Positions 37,445 through 48,569 of a stretch of DNA of 64,000 nt are shown piece by piece; within the stretch, counting starts at the first letter, position 1, and each line of letters starts with the position of its first letter. Under the pieces are notes generated by a model. It had not been told where the DNA came from, made no database searches, and worked only from the letters and a program-made list of their open reading frames with translations. The stretch comes from a virus. Its lineage: Duplodnaviria > Heunggongvirae > Uroviricota > Caudoviricetes. The position numbers and the translations under genes are program-made. The stretch lies in IMG/VR virus record IMGVR_UViG_3300044618_002782, positions 64,001 to 128,000 of that record. One strand, 5' to 3'.

Positions 37445-37924
37445 ATGGCAACCTATAAGAGAATCAAAGGCAATTATACAATATCAACGCTGGATCCCGG
37501 CGATAAAATCATTCTGGATTCTGATGTTGAAATTACCGGCAACGTAACTGGCAATATCACAGCTGGTAATATCACAGCTGACGTTATCACTGCCACCTAC
37601 TACCTCGGCGACGGGCAATTTTTAAGCAACGTCACTGCCAATGTTGGTGCAGCCACAATATTACAAAACGGAACTTCAAACGTTTCTATTCCTCAACTCA
37701 ACGGAAATGTTCTAGTAGGAGTCAACGGACTGGGTAATACAGTGGTGTTTTCTACAACAGGAGCCAATATTACAGTGGGAACTGTATCTACCAGCAACAT
37801 TACTGGTGCATTGATTATCGATGGTGGCGCCGGAGTGGCAGGAAATATCTATGCTGATGCAATGTATGCTAACAATTTAGCAGTGTTAGATGTGGAATCT
37901 GTCATTGACGGCGGAACCTACTAG
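37445..37924 (+). CDS. Short fibre-like structural protein
   Basis: GN(I/V)TA/GN(V/I)TG repeats, GALIIDGGAGVAGNI, C-terminal IDGGTY typical of phage fibre modules. Confidence 0.5.
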   Translation: MATYKRIKGNYTISTLDPGDKIILDSDVEITGNVTGNITAGNITADVITATYYLGDGQFLSNVTANVGAATILQNGTSNVSIPQLNGNVLVGVNGLGNTVVFSTTGANITVGTVSTSNITGALIIDGGAGVAGNIYADAMYANNLAVLDVESVIDGGTY

Positions 37925-37938
37925 AGAAAAGGCAAGAT

Positions 37939-39597
37939 ATGGCAAATACGATTTTACTTAAACAAAGTGCTGTAGGTAACGCTGTTCCTGAACTTGCTGA
38001 TCTCCAGTTAGGCGAAGTAGCAATCAACACCTATGACGCTAGACTGTACGCTATACAACAACAAGGCGCATCCGAAGAAGTTGTTGACTTAACAGCAGCC
38101 ACTCCCATCACCAACACACTGTTTGTACAAACAACCGGAAACAACGACAACCTGGGCACAAGCTGGGCAGAATCGTTTGCCACTATTGAACGAGCAGTCG
38201 AAGTTGCCGAAGAAAGACGAGTAGCTGGTGCCACAATCACTTTGATCGAAGTGGGTGCCGGAGTATATGTTACAGAAGGGCATATAGATTTCCCAGACAA
38301 CACAGTTATTAGATGTGCGCATAGAAGTGTTGCTATTCGTCCTGCAGCAGGATACGAAGAACGAAATGTGTTTCGAATAGGATCGGGTTGTTTTGTTGAA
38401 GGTTTTTTGTTTGAAAACTGGAGATTAGACAGTTTAACCGATCCATCAGAGGGATTTGCTATATCATTCAGACCAGGTGCTATAATTAATCGTGTACCAT
38501 ATGCTCATAAAATTGCTGTTAGAACAAATCCCTACTGGACAACTGTTCCTCCGCCGCTGGACAGAGATGCAGAGCCAGAACCCAACCCCCTGGTTGGTAT
38601 AGGAGCCGGTGTTGCACTAGCAGACGGTAACGTGTGTTCACAATACAGTGTTTTCCCCAACATAATGACATGGGGTGCAACCCCAGTGTCGCAAAACGGC
38701 ATAGGATATTGCGCCAAAAAAGGTGGGCTGATCAACGCAGTTAACGCAGTCAGTTTATGGGCTCACAAGCATTTTCTTGCCTTAGACGGCGGACAAATTG
38801 TTCTTTCTGCTTGTAGCACACAGTTTGGTGATTACACCATGTGGGCAGAAGGATCACGACCAATTGTTGACCCAACAGAAACAACAGGTGTAACTTTAGT
38901 GATAGATCTCACAGCCGAAGCAGCAATTGAAGCAGCACAAACCACAATAATCAACAACATGTGGACGGCATTAAGCACCACAGTTGATCCGGCCACGGGC
39001 CAGGTCTATACCTTTGGATGGGATGCCGAGGACGAAGCTTACACACGTCTAGATGCTGCTAATTTTTTGCAGTGTATAAGATGGGTTCTGGAGTCAGCTG
39101 ATGAGCTGCCCATGTTGAATTTTGCTGAAGGTCTTTTCAATGTCGAAGGCAACAAAGTATATTCTCCCGATAAAGAAGATGCTTTTATATTTTCTTTCGA
39201 CAACATGCGCGATCAAATGACAGCACTGGCAGGTGTCGGCACACAGTCTGATTTGATTATCACGGCGCTGGTCACTGCCTTGGAAGAAACATTAACCAAC
39301 ACAGTTTTTCAAACTCAACCATCCACTATCACTGCAATTGGACACACCTGGACTGGTGTTTTGTCTGGTGTGGCATTGACCAAAATTCCGCCTGTCAGAA
39401 ACGAAGGCCTCATTGAAGAAAGTATTGTGGAACTTGATGATGGCGTAGTTATTGCCAGCGGGCAGGATGATCAAGGCAACGCTATATTTGTCGGCGGCAT
39501 GAAGATCAGTGCCGACACAGGCGAATTGTCTGGACCACCGTTTGAACAAGCAGTTAACCGTATTGCCACTAAAGCAGCTATTGCAAGGAGCTTTTAA
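37939..39597 (+). CDS. Tail fibre/spike with an N-terminal Mtd-like anchor and a pectin-lyase-like region
   Basis: MANTILLKQS..GNAVP..LQLGEVAINTYDARLY; LFVQTTGND..G.SWAESFATIERA; GAGVYVTEG. Confidence 0.55.
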   Translation: MANTILLKQSAVGNAVPELADLQLGEVAINTYDARLYAIQQQGASEEVVDLTAATPITNTLFVQTTGNNDNLGTSWAESFATIERAVEVAEERRVAGATITLIEVGAGVYVTEGHIDFPDNTVIRCAHRSVAIRPAAGYEERNVFRIGSGCFVEGFLFENWRLDSLTDPSEGFAISFRPGAIINRVPYAHKIAVRTNPYWTTVPPPLDRDAEPEPNPLVGIGAGVALADGNVCSQYSVFPNIMTWGATPVSQNGIGYCAKKGGLINAVNAVSLWAHKHFLALDGGQIVLSACSTQFGDYTMWAEGSRPIVDPTETTGVTLVIDLTAEAAIEAAQTTIINNMWTALSTTVDPATGQVYTFGWDAEDEAYTRLDAANFLQCIRWVLESADELPMLNFAEGLFNVEGNKVYSPDKEDAFIFSFDNMRDQMTALAGVGTQSDLIITALVTALEETLTNTVFQTQPSTITAIGHTWTGVLSGVALTKIPPVRNEGLIEESIVELDDGVVIASGQDDQGNAIFVGGMKISADTGELSGPPFEQAVNRIATKAAIARSF

Positions 39598-39599
39598 TA

Positions 39600-40088
39600 A
39601 TGCCTAGAATATATTGTCGTACACCGTCTACTGGAAAACCGTTGAATCTCATTTATCCAAATGTAACAACTTCCTATGCAACTATTCCTCTTGCAAATGC
39701 TCCGGATTATTCGGTGCCAGATCCTTCTGAAGTTTATTCCGAAAGAGATCCTGACTTTCCCAGCAGAGCAATAATACCAGGAGAAATATTTTTCCTTACT
39801 CCGCTGTCGGCAGTTAACAAAAGTGATGCAGAACAATGGGTAGAAGTAATTCTTCTTACACAGGATGGCACGACTGTTGCTGTTGGACGAGCTGTTATTC
39901 CTGCAAGAGACACTGCATATATTCCCTTGCAGGGTCGTAGCTTGCTCAAAACTGCCACTGAGGAACCTGCTGATGGCGACAGATTGCGAGTTCGTGCCAG
40001 TGCTGTTGATGTGATTGATGTATGGGTTGCAGCAGATGAATCACCTGCCAGCCAGAACATAGGTGTCTTTACACCGGTGGTGCCATAA
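39600..40088 (+). CDS. Hypothetical fibre-associated protein
   Basis: 162 aa beta-rich ORF translationally coupled between two fibre genes. Confidence 0.45.
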   Translation: MPRIYCRTPSTGKPLNLIYPNVTTSYATIPLANAPDYSVPDPSEVYSERDPDFPSRAIIPGEIFFLTPLSAVNKSDAEQWVEVILLTQDGTTVAVGRAVIPARDTAYIPLQGRSLLKTATEEPADGDRLRVRASAVDVIDVWVAADESPASQNIGVFTPVVP

Positions 40089-43000
40089 TGGCTAAACTGT
40101 TATCAAACCGAGTCCAAACAACTCCACCCGCTGATGCTGAACCAGATCGCACAGACTGGCTGGCACCGCAGGATGCAGAACCCAACTTAGGTGTTCCTGG
40201 AGCCAGCGGGCAAATTTTAGCATCGGGTGCTGATGGTTCTCGTTACTGGGTAGATCCAGGCGCAGGTGCAACTGGACCACAGGGCCCACAAGGACCGCGT
40301 GGACCACAAGGTCCCACAGGATCAACAGGTGCAACTGGACTCACTGGAGCAACAGGGTTTGAAGGGGCAACAGGATTTAGTGGGGCAACAGGATTCGAGG
40401 GGGCAACTGGAGCAACAGGATTTGAGGGGGCAACTGGATTCAGTGGTGCTACCGGACTAAATGGTTCTACTGGTGCAACCGGAACGGGTGGTGCCACCGG
40501 CGCCACCGGACTTCAAGGTGCAACTGGAATAGCTGGTTCAAATGGACTCGACGGAGCCACCGGAATTACCGGGGCAACTGGTGATATTGGCCAAACTGGA
40601 GCTACTGGGTTAGATGGAGCTACCGGAGCAGGTGCCACTGGAGCTACTGGGTTAGATGGAGCAACTGGAGCAGGCGCCACTGGCGCCACCGGTCCACAAG
40701 GCCCACAAGGCCCAGCAGGCTCAGGAGCTACTGGTTTTGATGGAGCTACAGGTGCAACTGGAGCAGGTGCCACAGGTGCCACAGGACCACAAGGACCACG
40801 CGGGCCACAAGGAGTAAATGGATTTGTTGGAACTACTGGAGCTACAGGATCAGAAGGACCACAAGGACCCACTGGACCCACAGGACCACAAGGACCCACA
40901 GGACCCACAGGACCACAAGGACCTGCTGGAACTTCTGTGACCATTATCGGATCAGTACCTGATGTTAATGTAGTACCACCTGGTAATCCTCAGACCACAC
41001 TAAATGCTGCTTTTCCTGGTGCAATAGCCGGGAATGGTGTTATTGATACAGCCACTGGTAATTTATGGGTATACGACGGAGCTCTTTGGGAAAATGTGGG
41101 TCAAATCACAGGTCCGCAAGGAGCTACTGGTGTTAACGGTCTTACAGGTGCAACTGGCCTAACTGGTACTACTGGACTAGAAGGATCAACGGGCCCACAA
41201 GGACCACGCGGTCCTCAGGGATTCTTCGGATCTACCGGACCAGATGGAGCCACTGGAGCTACTGGTTTTGATGGATCTACAGGTGCAACTGGAGCAGGTG
41301 CCACTGGTGCTACAGGACCACAAGGACCACAAGGACCAGCAGGTGCAGGTAGTACAGTACCGGGACCACAAGGACCACAAGGACCACAAGGACCCATTGG
41401 ACCGCAAGGACCCACAGGACCCATCGGACCCATTGGACCACAAGGACCACGTGGACCACAAGGACCACAAGGACCACAAGGACCACAAGGACCCATTGGA
41501 CCACAAGGACCACAAGGACCCATTGGACTAACAGGTGCAGGTGCTACCGGAGCAACCGGACCACAAGGACCACAAGGATCAGAAGGACCACAAGGACCCA
41601 CAGGACCACAAGGACCACGTGGACCACAAGGACCCATTGGGTTAACTGGACCACAAGGACCCACAGGACCGCAAGGACCCACAGGACCACAAGGACCACA
41701 AGGACCACAAGGACCACAAGGTTCTACAGGCTCAGGAGCTACTGGAGCAACAGGACCACAAGGACCACGCGGACCACAAGGTGAAGGTGCTACCGGAGCA
41801 ACTGGACCACAAGGACCACAAGGACCACAAGGACCCATTGGACTAACAGGTGCAGGTGCCACTGGAGCAACAGGACCACAAGGACCACAAGGACCACGTG
41901 GACCACAAGGTGAAGGTGCCACCGGAGCAACAGGACCACAAGGACCACAAGGACCCATTGGACCAACAGGTGCAGGAGCCACTGGAGCAACAGGACCACA
42001 AGGACCACAAGGACCACAAGGTTCTACAGGTGCAGGAGCCACTGGAGCAACAGGACCACAAGGACCACAAGGACCACAAGGACCCATTGGCCCAACAGGT
42101 GCAGGAGCTACCGGAGCAACTGGTTTAACAGGATCCACTGGACCACGTGGACCACAAGGACCACAAGGACCCATTGGACCCATTGGACCACAAGGACCAC
42201 AAGGACCAACAGGTGCAGGAGCCACTGGAGCAACAGGACCACAGGGACCGCAAGGACCACAAGGACCACAAGGTGCAGGTAGTACAGTACCAGGACCACA
42301 AGGACCACAAGGACCACAAGGACCCATTGGACCACAAGGACCACAAGGACCAACAGGTGCAGGAGCCACTGGAGCAACAGGACCACAGGGACCGCAAGGA
42401 CCGCAAGGACCCATTGGACCAACAGGTGCAGGTGCTACTGGAGCAACCGGACCACAAGGCCCACAAGGACCCATTGGACCAACAGGTGCAGGAGCCACTG
42501 GAGCAACCGGACCACAAGGACCACAAGGCCCCAATGGAGCAACAGGATTAGGATCAACGGGTGCAACTGGACTAACAGGATCAACTGGGCCATCTGGAGG
42601 ACCAGTAGGCTCAACCGGAGCAACCGGACCACAAGGACCCACAGGACCACAAGGACCACAAGGACCCACTGGACCACAAGGACCCACAGGACCACAAGGA
42701 CCACAAGGACCACTGGGATCAACGGGTGCAACTGGACTAACAGGATCAACTGGGCCATCTGGAGGACCAGTAGGCTCAACCGGTGCAACTGGACCACAAG
42801 GACCACAAGGACCCATCGGACCACAAGGACCACAAGGACCGCGTGGACCACAAGGACCACAAGGACCCATTGGAGCAACAGGATCCGGTGCAACGGGTGC
42901 AACCGGACTAACAGGATCAACTGGGCCATCTGGAGGACCAGTAGGCTCAACCGGTGCAACTGGACCACAAGGACCACAAGGACCGCGTGGACCACAAGGG

Positions 43001-44074
43001 CCTACAGGATCAACTGGGCCATCTGGAGGACCAGTAGGCTCAACCGGTGCAACTGGACCACAAGGACCACAAGGACCAGCAGGTGCAGGTGCCACTGGAG
43101 CTAGTGGTGCTACAGGACCACAAGGAGCAACTGGTGCAGGTAGTGCAGTACCTGGACCACAAGGACCCACAGGACCACGTGGACCACAAGGACCACAAGG
43201 ACCAGCAGGCTCAGGTGCCACTGGAGCTAGTGGTGCTACAGGACCACAAGGAGCAACCGGTGCAGGTAGTGCAGTACCTGGTCCACAAGGACCACAAGGA
43301 CCCATTGGACCACAAGGACCAACAGGACCACAAGGCCCACAAGGACCAGGCGGCATTGGACCACAAGGACCACAAGGACCCATTGGACCACAAGGACCAC
43401 AAGGACCAGCAGGTGCAGGTGCAACTGGTGCTGCAGGACCACAAGGACCACAGGGACCACAAGGACCCATTGGACCACAAGGACCACAAGGACCGTCGGG
43501 TGATCCAGGCAGCGACACTAATATAAATGCTGTAGATACCGAAACCAACGCAAGTTATTATCCTGTGTTCGTATCTGCTACTGGGGAAAGTGTACTTGCT
43601 CGTGCCGACAATGCTGGTCTGACCTACAATCCCTTTACCAAGACCATGACAACAACCAATTTTGCTGGTACTGCTACTACAGCACTATACGCCGACTTGG
43701 CAGAACGATACTTGGCAGATGCAGAATATTCTCCAGGTACCTTGTTGGAGTTTGGTGGTGATCAAGAAGTTACACGCACAGCTACCAGTCACAGTGTACG
43801 TATAGCTGGAGTGGTATCAACTGATCCTGCTTACCTGATGAACTCTGGTTTGGAAGGAACTTTTGTAACCAGTGTAGCATTGACAGGTCGAGTGCCGTGC
43901 AGTGTGGTTGGTACAATTAGTAAAGGTGATCGATTGGTAGCAAGTGATATTCCGGGTGTGGCCACAGTGATGGATACTGCTCGATATCAGCCAGGATCAA
44001 TTGTGGGTAAAGCTCTCGAGGATTACAATTCTGAAGATGTGGGAATTATAACAGTAGTAGTAGGAAGATTGTAA
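40088..44074 (+). CDS. Collagen-like (Gly-X-Y) fibre with a C-terminal intramolecular-chaperone-like domain
   Basis: About 1,080 aa of GPQ/GAT/GPT triplets, one 58 aa globular interruption, then [10 protein letters not shown]...[11 protein letters not shown]...VALTGRVPC...GSIVGKALE. Confidence 0.88.
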   Translation: MAKLLSNRVQTTPPADAEPDRTDWLAPQDAEPNLGVPGASGQILASGADGSRYWVDPGAGATGPQGPQGPRGPQGPTGSTGATGLTGATGFEGATGFSGATGFEGATGATGFEGATGFSGATGLNGSTGATGTGGATGATGLQGATGIAGSNGLDGATGITGATGDIGQTGATGLDGATGAGATGATGLDGATGAGATGATGPQGPQGPAGSGATGFDGATGATGAGATGATGPQGPRGPQGVNGFVGTTGATGSEGPQGPTGPTGPQGPTGPTGPQGPAGTSVTIIGSVPDVNVVPPGNPQTTLNAAFPGAIAGNGVIDTATGNLWVYDGALWENVGQITGPQGATGVNGLTGATGLTGTTGLEGSTGPQGPRGPQGFFGSTGPDGATGATGFDGSTGATGAGATGATGPQGPQGPAGAGSTVPGPQGPQGPQGPIGPQGPTGPIGPIGPQGPRGPQGPQGPQGPQGPIGPQGPQGPIGLTGAGATGATGPQGPQGSEGPQGPTGPQGPRGPQGPIGLTGPQGPTGPQGPTGPQGPQGPQGPQGSTGSGATGATGPQGPRGPQGEGATGATGPQGPQGPQGPIGLTGAGATGATGPQGPQGPRGPQGEGATGATGPQGPQGPIGPTGAGATGATGPQGPQGPQGSTGAGATGATGPQGPQGPQGPIGPTGAGATGATGLTGSTGPRGPQGPQGPIGPIGPQGPQGPTGAGATGATGPQGPQGPQGPQGAGSTVPGPQGPQGPQGPIGPQGPQGPTGAGATGATGPQGPQGPQGPIGPTGAGATGATGPQGPQGPIGPTGAGATGATGPQGPQGPNGATGLGSTGATGLTGSTGPSGGPVGSTGATGPQGPTGPQGPQGPTGPQGPTGPQGPQGPLGSTGATGLTGSTGPSGGPVGSTGATGPQGPQGPIGPQGPQGPRGPQGPQGPIGATGSGATGATGLTGSTGPSGGPVGSTGATGPQGPQGPRGPQGPTGSTGPSGGPVGSTGATGPQGPQGPAGAGATGASGATGPQGATGAGSAVPGPQGPTGPRGPQGPQGPAGSGATGASGATGPQGATGAGSAVPGPQGPQGPIGPQGPTGPQGPQGPGGIGPQGPQGPIGPQGPQGPAGAGATGAAGPQGPQGPQGPIGPQGPQGPSGDPGSDTNINAVDTETNASYYPVFVSATGESVLARADNAGLTYNPFTKTMTTTNFAGTATTALYADLAERYLADAEYSPGTLLEFGGDQEVTRTATSHSVRIAGVVSTDPAYLMNSGLEGTFVTSVALTGRVPCSVVGTISKGDRLVASDIPGVATVMDTARYQPGSIVGKALEDYNSEDVGIITVVVGRL
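40258..43510 (+). repeat. Collagen-coding tandem repeats (core GGACCACAA and higher-order blocks)
   Basis: Scores of GGACCACAA units; the [19 protein letters not shown] block occurs four times in 42541-43060. Confidence 0.95.
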
Positions 44075-44079
44075 TAGTA

Positions 44080-44110
44080 AAAATAAACGGGCAATTTGCC
44101 CGTTTATTTT
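44080..44110. terminator. Bidirectional terminator between convergent genes
   Basis: Perfect 14-bp inverted repeat aaaataaacgggca-att-tgcccgtttatttt. Confidence 0.88.
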
Positions 44111-44549
44111 ATTGTGCTGGGTGAACTACATCTTTCAATGTGGCAATTTTCTGTTTGACAACATCAAAATTTACAGTATTCCACAGCCCAGGATGCATGG
44201 GTTTTGGCAATACTGAACTGTCCATCCAAGCATACCCTAGATGTTCTTCGTTGAGTTTGGGTCGGAATTCACTGGCCACACAGCAAAAAAATGTATGATA
44301 AACAAATACATTATCAGTGCTGGTAAATTTTTCTAGCGGGACCAATCTCAAGTAATCGGGCATGAATCCCAACTCTTCAGTGCATTCTCTTGTAATGGTG
44401 TCCATGAGGGTTTCTGCAGATTCGACCTTGCCACCGGGCAATCCCCATGTGTTTGGGTTTTTAGGATCGTTACGCATGAGATATAGATATCGTTGTGTAT
44501 CAAAACTATAAAACCAAACCCCAACTGCATTTACAGAACTATGCTCCAT
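44109..44549 (-). CDS. NUDIX hydrolase
   Basis: Nudix box WGLPGGKVESAETLMDTITRECTEELG; EEHLGYAW. Confidence 0.9.
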   Translation of the reverse strand: MEHSSVNAVGVWFYSFDTQRYLYLMRNDPKNPNTWGLPGGKVESAETLMDTITRECTEELGFMPDYLRLVPLEKFTSTDNVFVYHTFFCCVASEFRPKLNEEHLGYAWMDSSVLPKPMHPGLWNTVNFDVVKQKIATLKDVVHPAQ

Positions 44550-45910
44550 TCGCCACCCGGATAAAGACCTTCGTAACTTTTAACCCATTCACTACCAGTC
44601 CAAAGATATTGTAATCCTGTGGTAATGTTTGTAGTGTATTGTATATTAGTTCCTGTGGTGCTGTCAAATGCAACTAACCAATCTTGCCCGTCGTATTCAA
44701 TAATGTCATTGGCTTGAGCCACTACAGCACCCCACGCTACAGATGGTGTTGTATTATCAGCATTACCGATACTGTTTAGAATAAGATATCGTTGCCCAAT
44801 TGCAGAAACAGGTAGTCCGGCTCCAGGACCACTTAGTAGTGGATCAATCACAGCATCTATTGCCGGCAATGTATTCTGTGGAACAGTGTCAGTGTCGACA
44901 TCAAACAACAGGAATCTCTGATCAGTTGGATCATAACTTACTGTTCCAATAATGTCGGCGGTTTCGTCCCAGGGATTGGTCAGTCGTATCTGTGTAATAC
45001 CGGGTCTAAAATTTCCATACAGGTTCATCACTGTGGGCCAGTACTCGTTGCTGGGTGGCGAATCTGGCAACACAGGAGATGAGTTGGGTTCGTCAACTAC
45101 AGCACTGAGTTTTAAAATTTGTAATTTATTACCAATTAACAAAACTTGGTACATGTATGGAGTAAATTTTTGCCTTGTGCCTAATAACAGATCACTGTTC
45201 TGAATGGCTTCTACCGCATCTCCTTGATCATCGAATGCAGAGGCAATGATTTTTTCAATCACACCCAACTTTTTGACCTTGGCTGGACTAGATATCCAAA
45301 TTGGAATTGAAAATTTCATAGTCATGATATCTATGGGATTTTCTGTTCCTTGCGGTATTGTACGACTAGACCATATAGTATCATCTAAATCCACAACGCT
45401 TAGGCTGGTCCAATCCAAATAGTTGTCGGTGCTTTGAATTTCCAGACTGGGATTGAACAACGTAGAAATTTGCTCAAATATCTGCAATTTTTGATTGGTG
45501 TTTGATGTCCAAATGTCCAAGCTCAAGGACATTTTGTAAGGCACTGGCATCAAGCGTTCGATTGTGAATGCATTACCTTGTGTGGTTTCATAACTTTCGG
45601 ATTGAGTATCATAAAATCGTTGACGCACCTGCTGGTTGCTGACAAAATAAGGATCCTGTAGTCGCTCACGTGCATAGTTCATACCGGTAATGTAAAAAGT
45701 CATCAAAGGAGTCGAAGGCAATGCACTTGATGAGTTTTCTTGCAACACTGTTTGAGCCAGTCGTGTCCAGTCACCATAGCGAACTGGCACCCGTATCAGC
45801 GCAGCTTCGTTAGAATTGGTACGTCCGTATTCAACTTGAAAGTTACTAAACATTCTAGTAAACTGCAAGAGAAAACGACGTATTTGAGCATCATAAAAAA
45901 ATTGTTGCAT
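44531..45910 (-). CDS. gp15: Tail terminator / sheath stabilizer with a C-terminal extension
   Basis: FFYDAQIRRFLLQFTRMFSNF, MPVPYKMSLSLDIWTSNTNQKLQIFEQI..LFNPS. Confidence 0.82.
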   Translation of the reverse strand: MQQFFYDAQIRRFLLQFTRMFSNFQVEYGRTNSNEAALIRVPVRYGDWTRLAQTVLQENSSSALPSTPLMTFYITGMNYARERLQDPYFVSNQQVRQRFYDTQSESYETTQGNAFTIERLMPVPYKMSLSLDIWTSNTNQKLQIFEQISTLFNPSLEIQSTDNYLDWTSLSVVDLDDTIWSSRTIPQGTENPIDIMTMKFSIPIWISSPAKVKKLGVIEKIIASAFDDQGDAVEAIQNSDLLLGTRQKFTPYMYQVLLIGNKLQILKLSAVVDEPNSSPVLPDSPPSNEYWPTVMNLYGNFRPGITQIRLTNPWDETADIIGTVSYDPTDQRFLLFDVDTDTVPQNTLPAIDAVIDPLLSGPGAGLPVSAIGQRYLILNSIGNADNTTPSVAWGAVVAQANDIIEYDGQDWLVAFDSTTGTNIQYTTNITTGLQYLWTGSEWVKSYEGLYPGGEWSIVL

Positions 45911-45913
45911 ATT

Positions 45914-47299
45914 TTAACTCGATCTTTGTCCAGGTTGTGTACCGGGATAAGGGTTAGCCGGTTTGTTGCCGCCTTGATTACCGTTGTCAGCTTGAGGTTT
46001 CAAAATCTCACTCAGACTCTGACGACTTGGTATATTACCCTGATCCGTAGTGGATGTAGTATATGTATTGTTAACAAACGTACTGCGTAAAGTATTGTTC
46101 TGTGGACCGTTAGTTAGATTAGTTCTAACATTCTCTTCAATCTTGACCCAAGTACGCCCATTGTATCGAAACAATCGATTTGGAAAGTAGTCTAGTCGCA
46201 ACGCATACTGTCCGTCTTGCGGATTGATCGGAAATGACACGCCCGGAGTAACAGGCAACCCATTGGGTGCAATACCGTCGCCAGTTAGGTAGCCCATGGT
46301 CCATCCGTCGGACCGTGGAGATACCGATGCTTCGTCGGCATTGACTCCAGTCTGACTAGCATTAATATAGGTGCTGTCAATAGTTGGTCCTTGCGGATTG
46401 CCTGGTGTGCCAGTAGGATTGGTTGAGAATATGTAAAAGCTCGTTGTGTCGTAACCCGATAATGGAAGCTCGGCTTCGGCTTGATTCAAGATAGCATCGT
46501 TAATTTCCAGATCTTTGGGTCTGGTACTGGCTTCAGTTTCGACTGTATCGCACTCTTTGCTGATCCAGAAGTTGGTGTCGGTGATGTCTGTTCCAACAGG
46601 AACACCTTGTAGAGCACGATAGTGCTGATCTCCTGCCAACACAACTGACCCCACAGGATAGTAATTGCCTGAATCCCAAATGGCATTGTTGTCCAAACAG
46701 GCATTGACAATGTCTTGGTACTCTTGACTATTGGTCATAGGAGTGGCTTTGACACGCCACAAGTGCGGCAACCAGGTTTGGCTAAATCCTTCGCTGGCAA
46801 AGCTGGCATCTTGTATTACATAAAATCTTGGCAAGGGTGGCGTAGCTGGATTCAGTGGATTCCAGTCTTTGAGATTGGGAAATTCCAAAACATCGCCACT
46901 CATTAACTTGCGTTGAAACGTATCAATCATGTCATTGTAGTGAAATGTAATAAACAAGGTATCGTTGTTTAAAAACAGTCCAAACTGTGTCAAGTCAAAA
47001 TCAATATCCTGTTGACGATAAACTCCGCGCATGCGATAAATGTCAGCATCGTATTTTCGGTCCCGTATTTCGCCCAACAACAAGTCTTCGATGAACAAGG
47101 GACTGCTCTCAGCGTAGTTGGGCTGAGTGGCATCACCATTTACTCCGGTGGTTGTAGAATTGTCAGCAGTGGGTTTTGGCCCCATGTACTTGTGAACAAA
47201 AATGTCAAGCCCGCCCACAGTGAACATTTCACTTATGGTGCGATCAAAATATCGATAATCGGCCGTTTTATTGGGCCGGTACATGCTGAGACGTGGAAT
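45914..47299 (-). CDS. gp14: Neck/head-completion protein, gp14-like (probable ATT start)
   Basis: EDLLLGEIRDRKYD, FDLTQFGLFL, GDVLEFP, EGFSQTWLPHLWRVK. TAAATA and AAGGAG lie 7 nt before ATT 47299. Confidence 0.75.
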   Translation of the reverse strand: MPRLSMYRPNKTADYRYFDRTISEMFTVGGLDIFVHKYMGPKPTADNSTTTGVNGDATQPNYAESSPLFIEDLLLGEIRDRKYDADIYRMRGVYRQQDIDFDLTQFGLFLNNDTLFITFHYNDMIDTFQRKLMSGDVLEFPNLKDWNPLNPATPPLPRFYVIQDASFASEGFSQTWLPHLWRVKATPMTNSQEYQDIVNACLDNNAIWDSGNYYPVGSVVLAGDQHYRALQGVPVGTDITDTNFWISKECDTVETEASTRPKDLEINDAILNQAEAELPLSGYDTTSFYIFSTNPTGTPGNPQGPTIDSTYINASQTGVNADEASVSPRSDGWTMGYLTGDGIAPNGLPVTPGVSFPINPQDGQYALRLDYFPNRLFRYNGRTWVKIEENVRTNLTNGPQNNTLRSTFVNNTYTTSTTDQGNIPSRQSLSEILKPQADNGNQGGNKPANPYPGTQPGQRSS

Positions 47300-47339
47300 T
47301 TTGGTTCTCCTTGCAGTATTTAGTTGTATCTTGCAACGG

Positions 47340-47368
47340 TTGACCGCTATCGGAACAGGTGCTATAAT
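47340..47368 (+). promoter_or_regulatory. Sigma70 (early) promoter
   Basis: TTGACC-17 nt-TATAAT. Confidence 0.8.
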
Positions 47369-47401
47369 GCTATATACTTGGAAATTCCCAATAGGAACAC
47401 A

Positions 47402-48547
47402 ATGAAATCCGTAGCCCAAAAACCCATTAAGTCAATGACCCCGCGCAGCTTAGATGTTGGTACAGGTCCAGAACCTGATTGGAAACAGCAGCCCGAGGAC
47501 GACTACAGAAAAAGCCGTTTGACAACCATGTTCAACTGGTATAACTATTACTACGGCAAAAAAGAAGCTAGAGATTGCATCATTGATTGGTTGAGCCGTA
47601 CCGGTCGTGCTACAGAAGCCAAGGACTTTGCTCGGGTGCCCGAAAATGCTGTGACACGAATGGGAATCGGTTGGCTATGCCGTGCCAACCTGTTGGGATT
47701 GCAGTTGTCTGAATCTGAATTGGCCACAATCAATGCTGCCATAGCCGATTATATCGAAGCACATCGTCGTGTCAAAGCAGTGGTTGAAACTGCAGAGGCA
47801 GCAGTGATACGACCCAATATTCAAGATCGTTTGCGTGAAAAACTGGTAGAAGCAGCCGGCGAACTAGAGGGCATGTACGACGAGATGATTCAGTCTGGTG
47901 CCAAGATGTCAGCCAATTACAAGCCTGTGAGCCTGTTCCGCAGCATGAATGTAGCACCGCAAATGATCAACGAAATTGCCACTCAGTGGAAAACACGACT
48001 GGATGAATTGGAAGAAGTTGCCAAAGGCAAAGACGCTGACCTAGTTGAAGGCTATAGCCAATTTGGCAAGCTGCAAATTCGTAATCTCATTAAATTTGCT
48101 GAAACAGTAATCAACGACTGCGGTGCGTACATTCAGATCAAGAAAGTTGAACGCAAGCCACGTGCCAAAAAAGCAGTACCGGTTGAAAAGATTGTGTCCA
48201 AATTCAAACATCTAAGAGCCTTAACTGATCCAAAACTGCAGGGCGAACCAGCTACCAAGCTGGTTGGAGCCAGCGAGGCTTGGCTATATGATACTGCTAA
48301 ACGCAAATTGATTTATGTGGTAGCAGACACTCATGTGGGCAGTCTCACTGTCAAGGGATCCAGTGTTATTGGTTTTGATCCTGCAACAACAGTACAAAAA
48401 ACTCTGCGTAAACCGGCAGAGCAACTCAAAAGTATTACCAGTGTGGGAAAACCAGCTGCACGTAAAGCTTTCAAAGAAATCAAAGCCACCGAAGTTAAAT
48501 GGAATGGCCGCAGCAATGAGCATTTGCTGATACTAAAGGTTTACTAA
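47402..48547 (+). CDS. Conserved-looking hypothetical early protein
   Basis: ATG 47402 follows an AGGA SD. Helical N-terminus (FNWYNYYY...DWL) and a C-terminal LVGASEAWLYDTAKRKL...VKGSSVIGFD...KTLRKP domain. Confidence 0.6.
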   Translation: MKSVAQKPIKSMTPRSLDVGTGPEPDWKQQPEDDYRKSRLTTMFNWYNYYYGKKEARDCIIDWLSRTGRATEAKDFARVPENAVTRMGIGWLCRANLLGLQLSESELATINAAIADYIEAHRRVKAVVETAEAAVIRPNIQDRLREKLVEAAGELEGMYDEMIQSGAKMSANYKPVSLFRSMNVAPQMINEIATQWKTRLDELEEVAKGKDADLVEGYSQFGKLQIRNLIKFAETVINDCGAYIQIKKVERKPRAKKAVPVEKIVSKFKHLRALTDPKLQGEPATKLVGASEAWLYDTAKRKLIYVVADTHVGSLTVKGSSVIGFDPATTVQKTLRKPAEQLKSITSVGKPAARKAFKEIKATEVKWNGRSNEHLLILKVY

Positions 48548-48569
48548 ATACTAGGGTAAGGAGCCCCAA

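Noticed and set aside
40258-43510. Collagen repeats as a CRISPR array or DGR repeat
   Set aside because: Repeats are 9-nt in-frame coding units with no unique spacers; no cas or reverse transcriptase gene in the window.
41215-43548. 777 aa antisense ORF and many short ORFs over the collagen gene
   Set aside because: Shadow frames of the stop-free GGACCACAA repeat (GPCGPC, DHKDHK, WSLWSL); no independent expression signals.
47300-47419. ORF-track N-terminal extensions of gp14 and of the 47324 ORF (also 1831, 14324, 15190, 16257, 49981, 55101, 61678)
   Set aside because: They run through promoters or upstream genes; downstream starts have better SD or promoter context.
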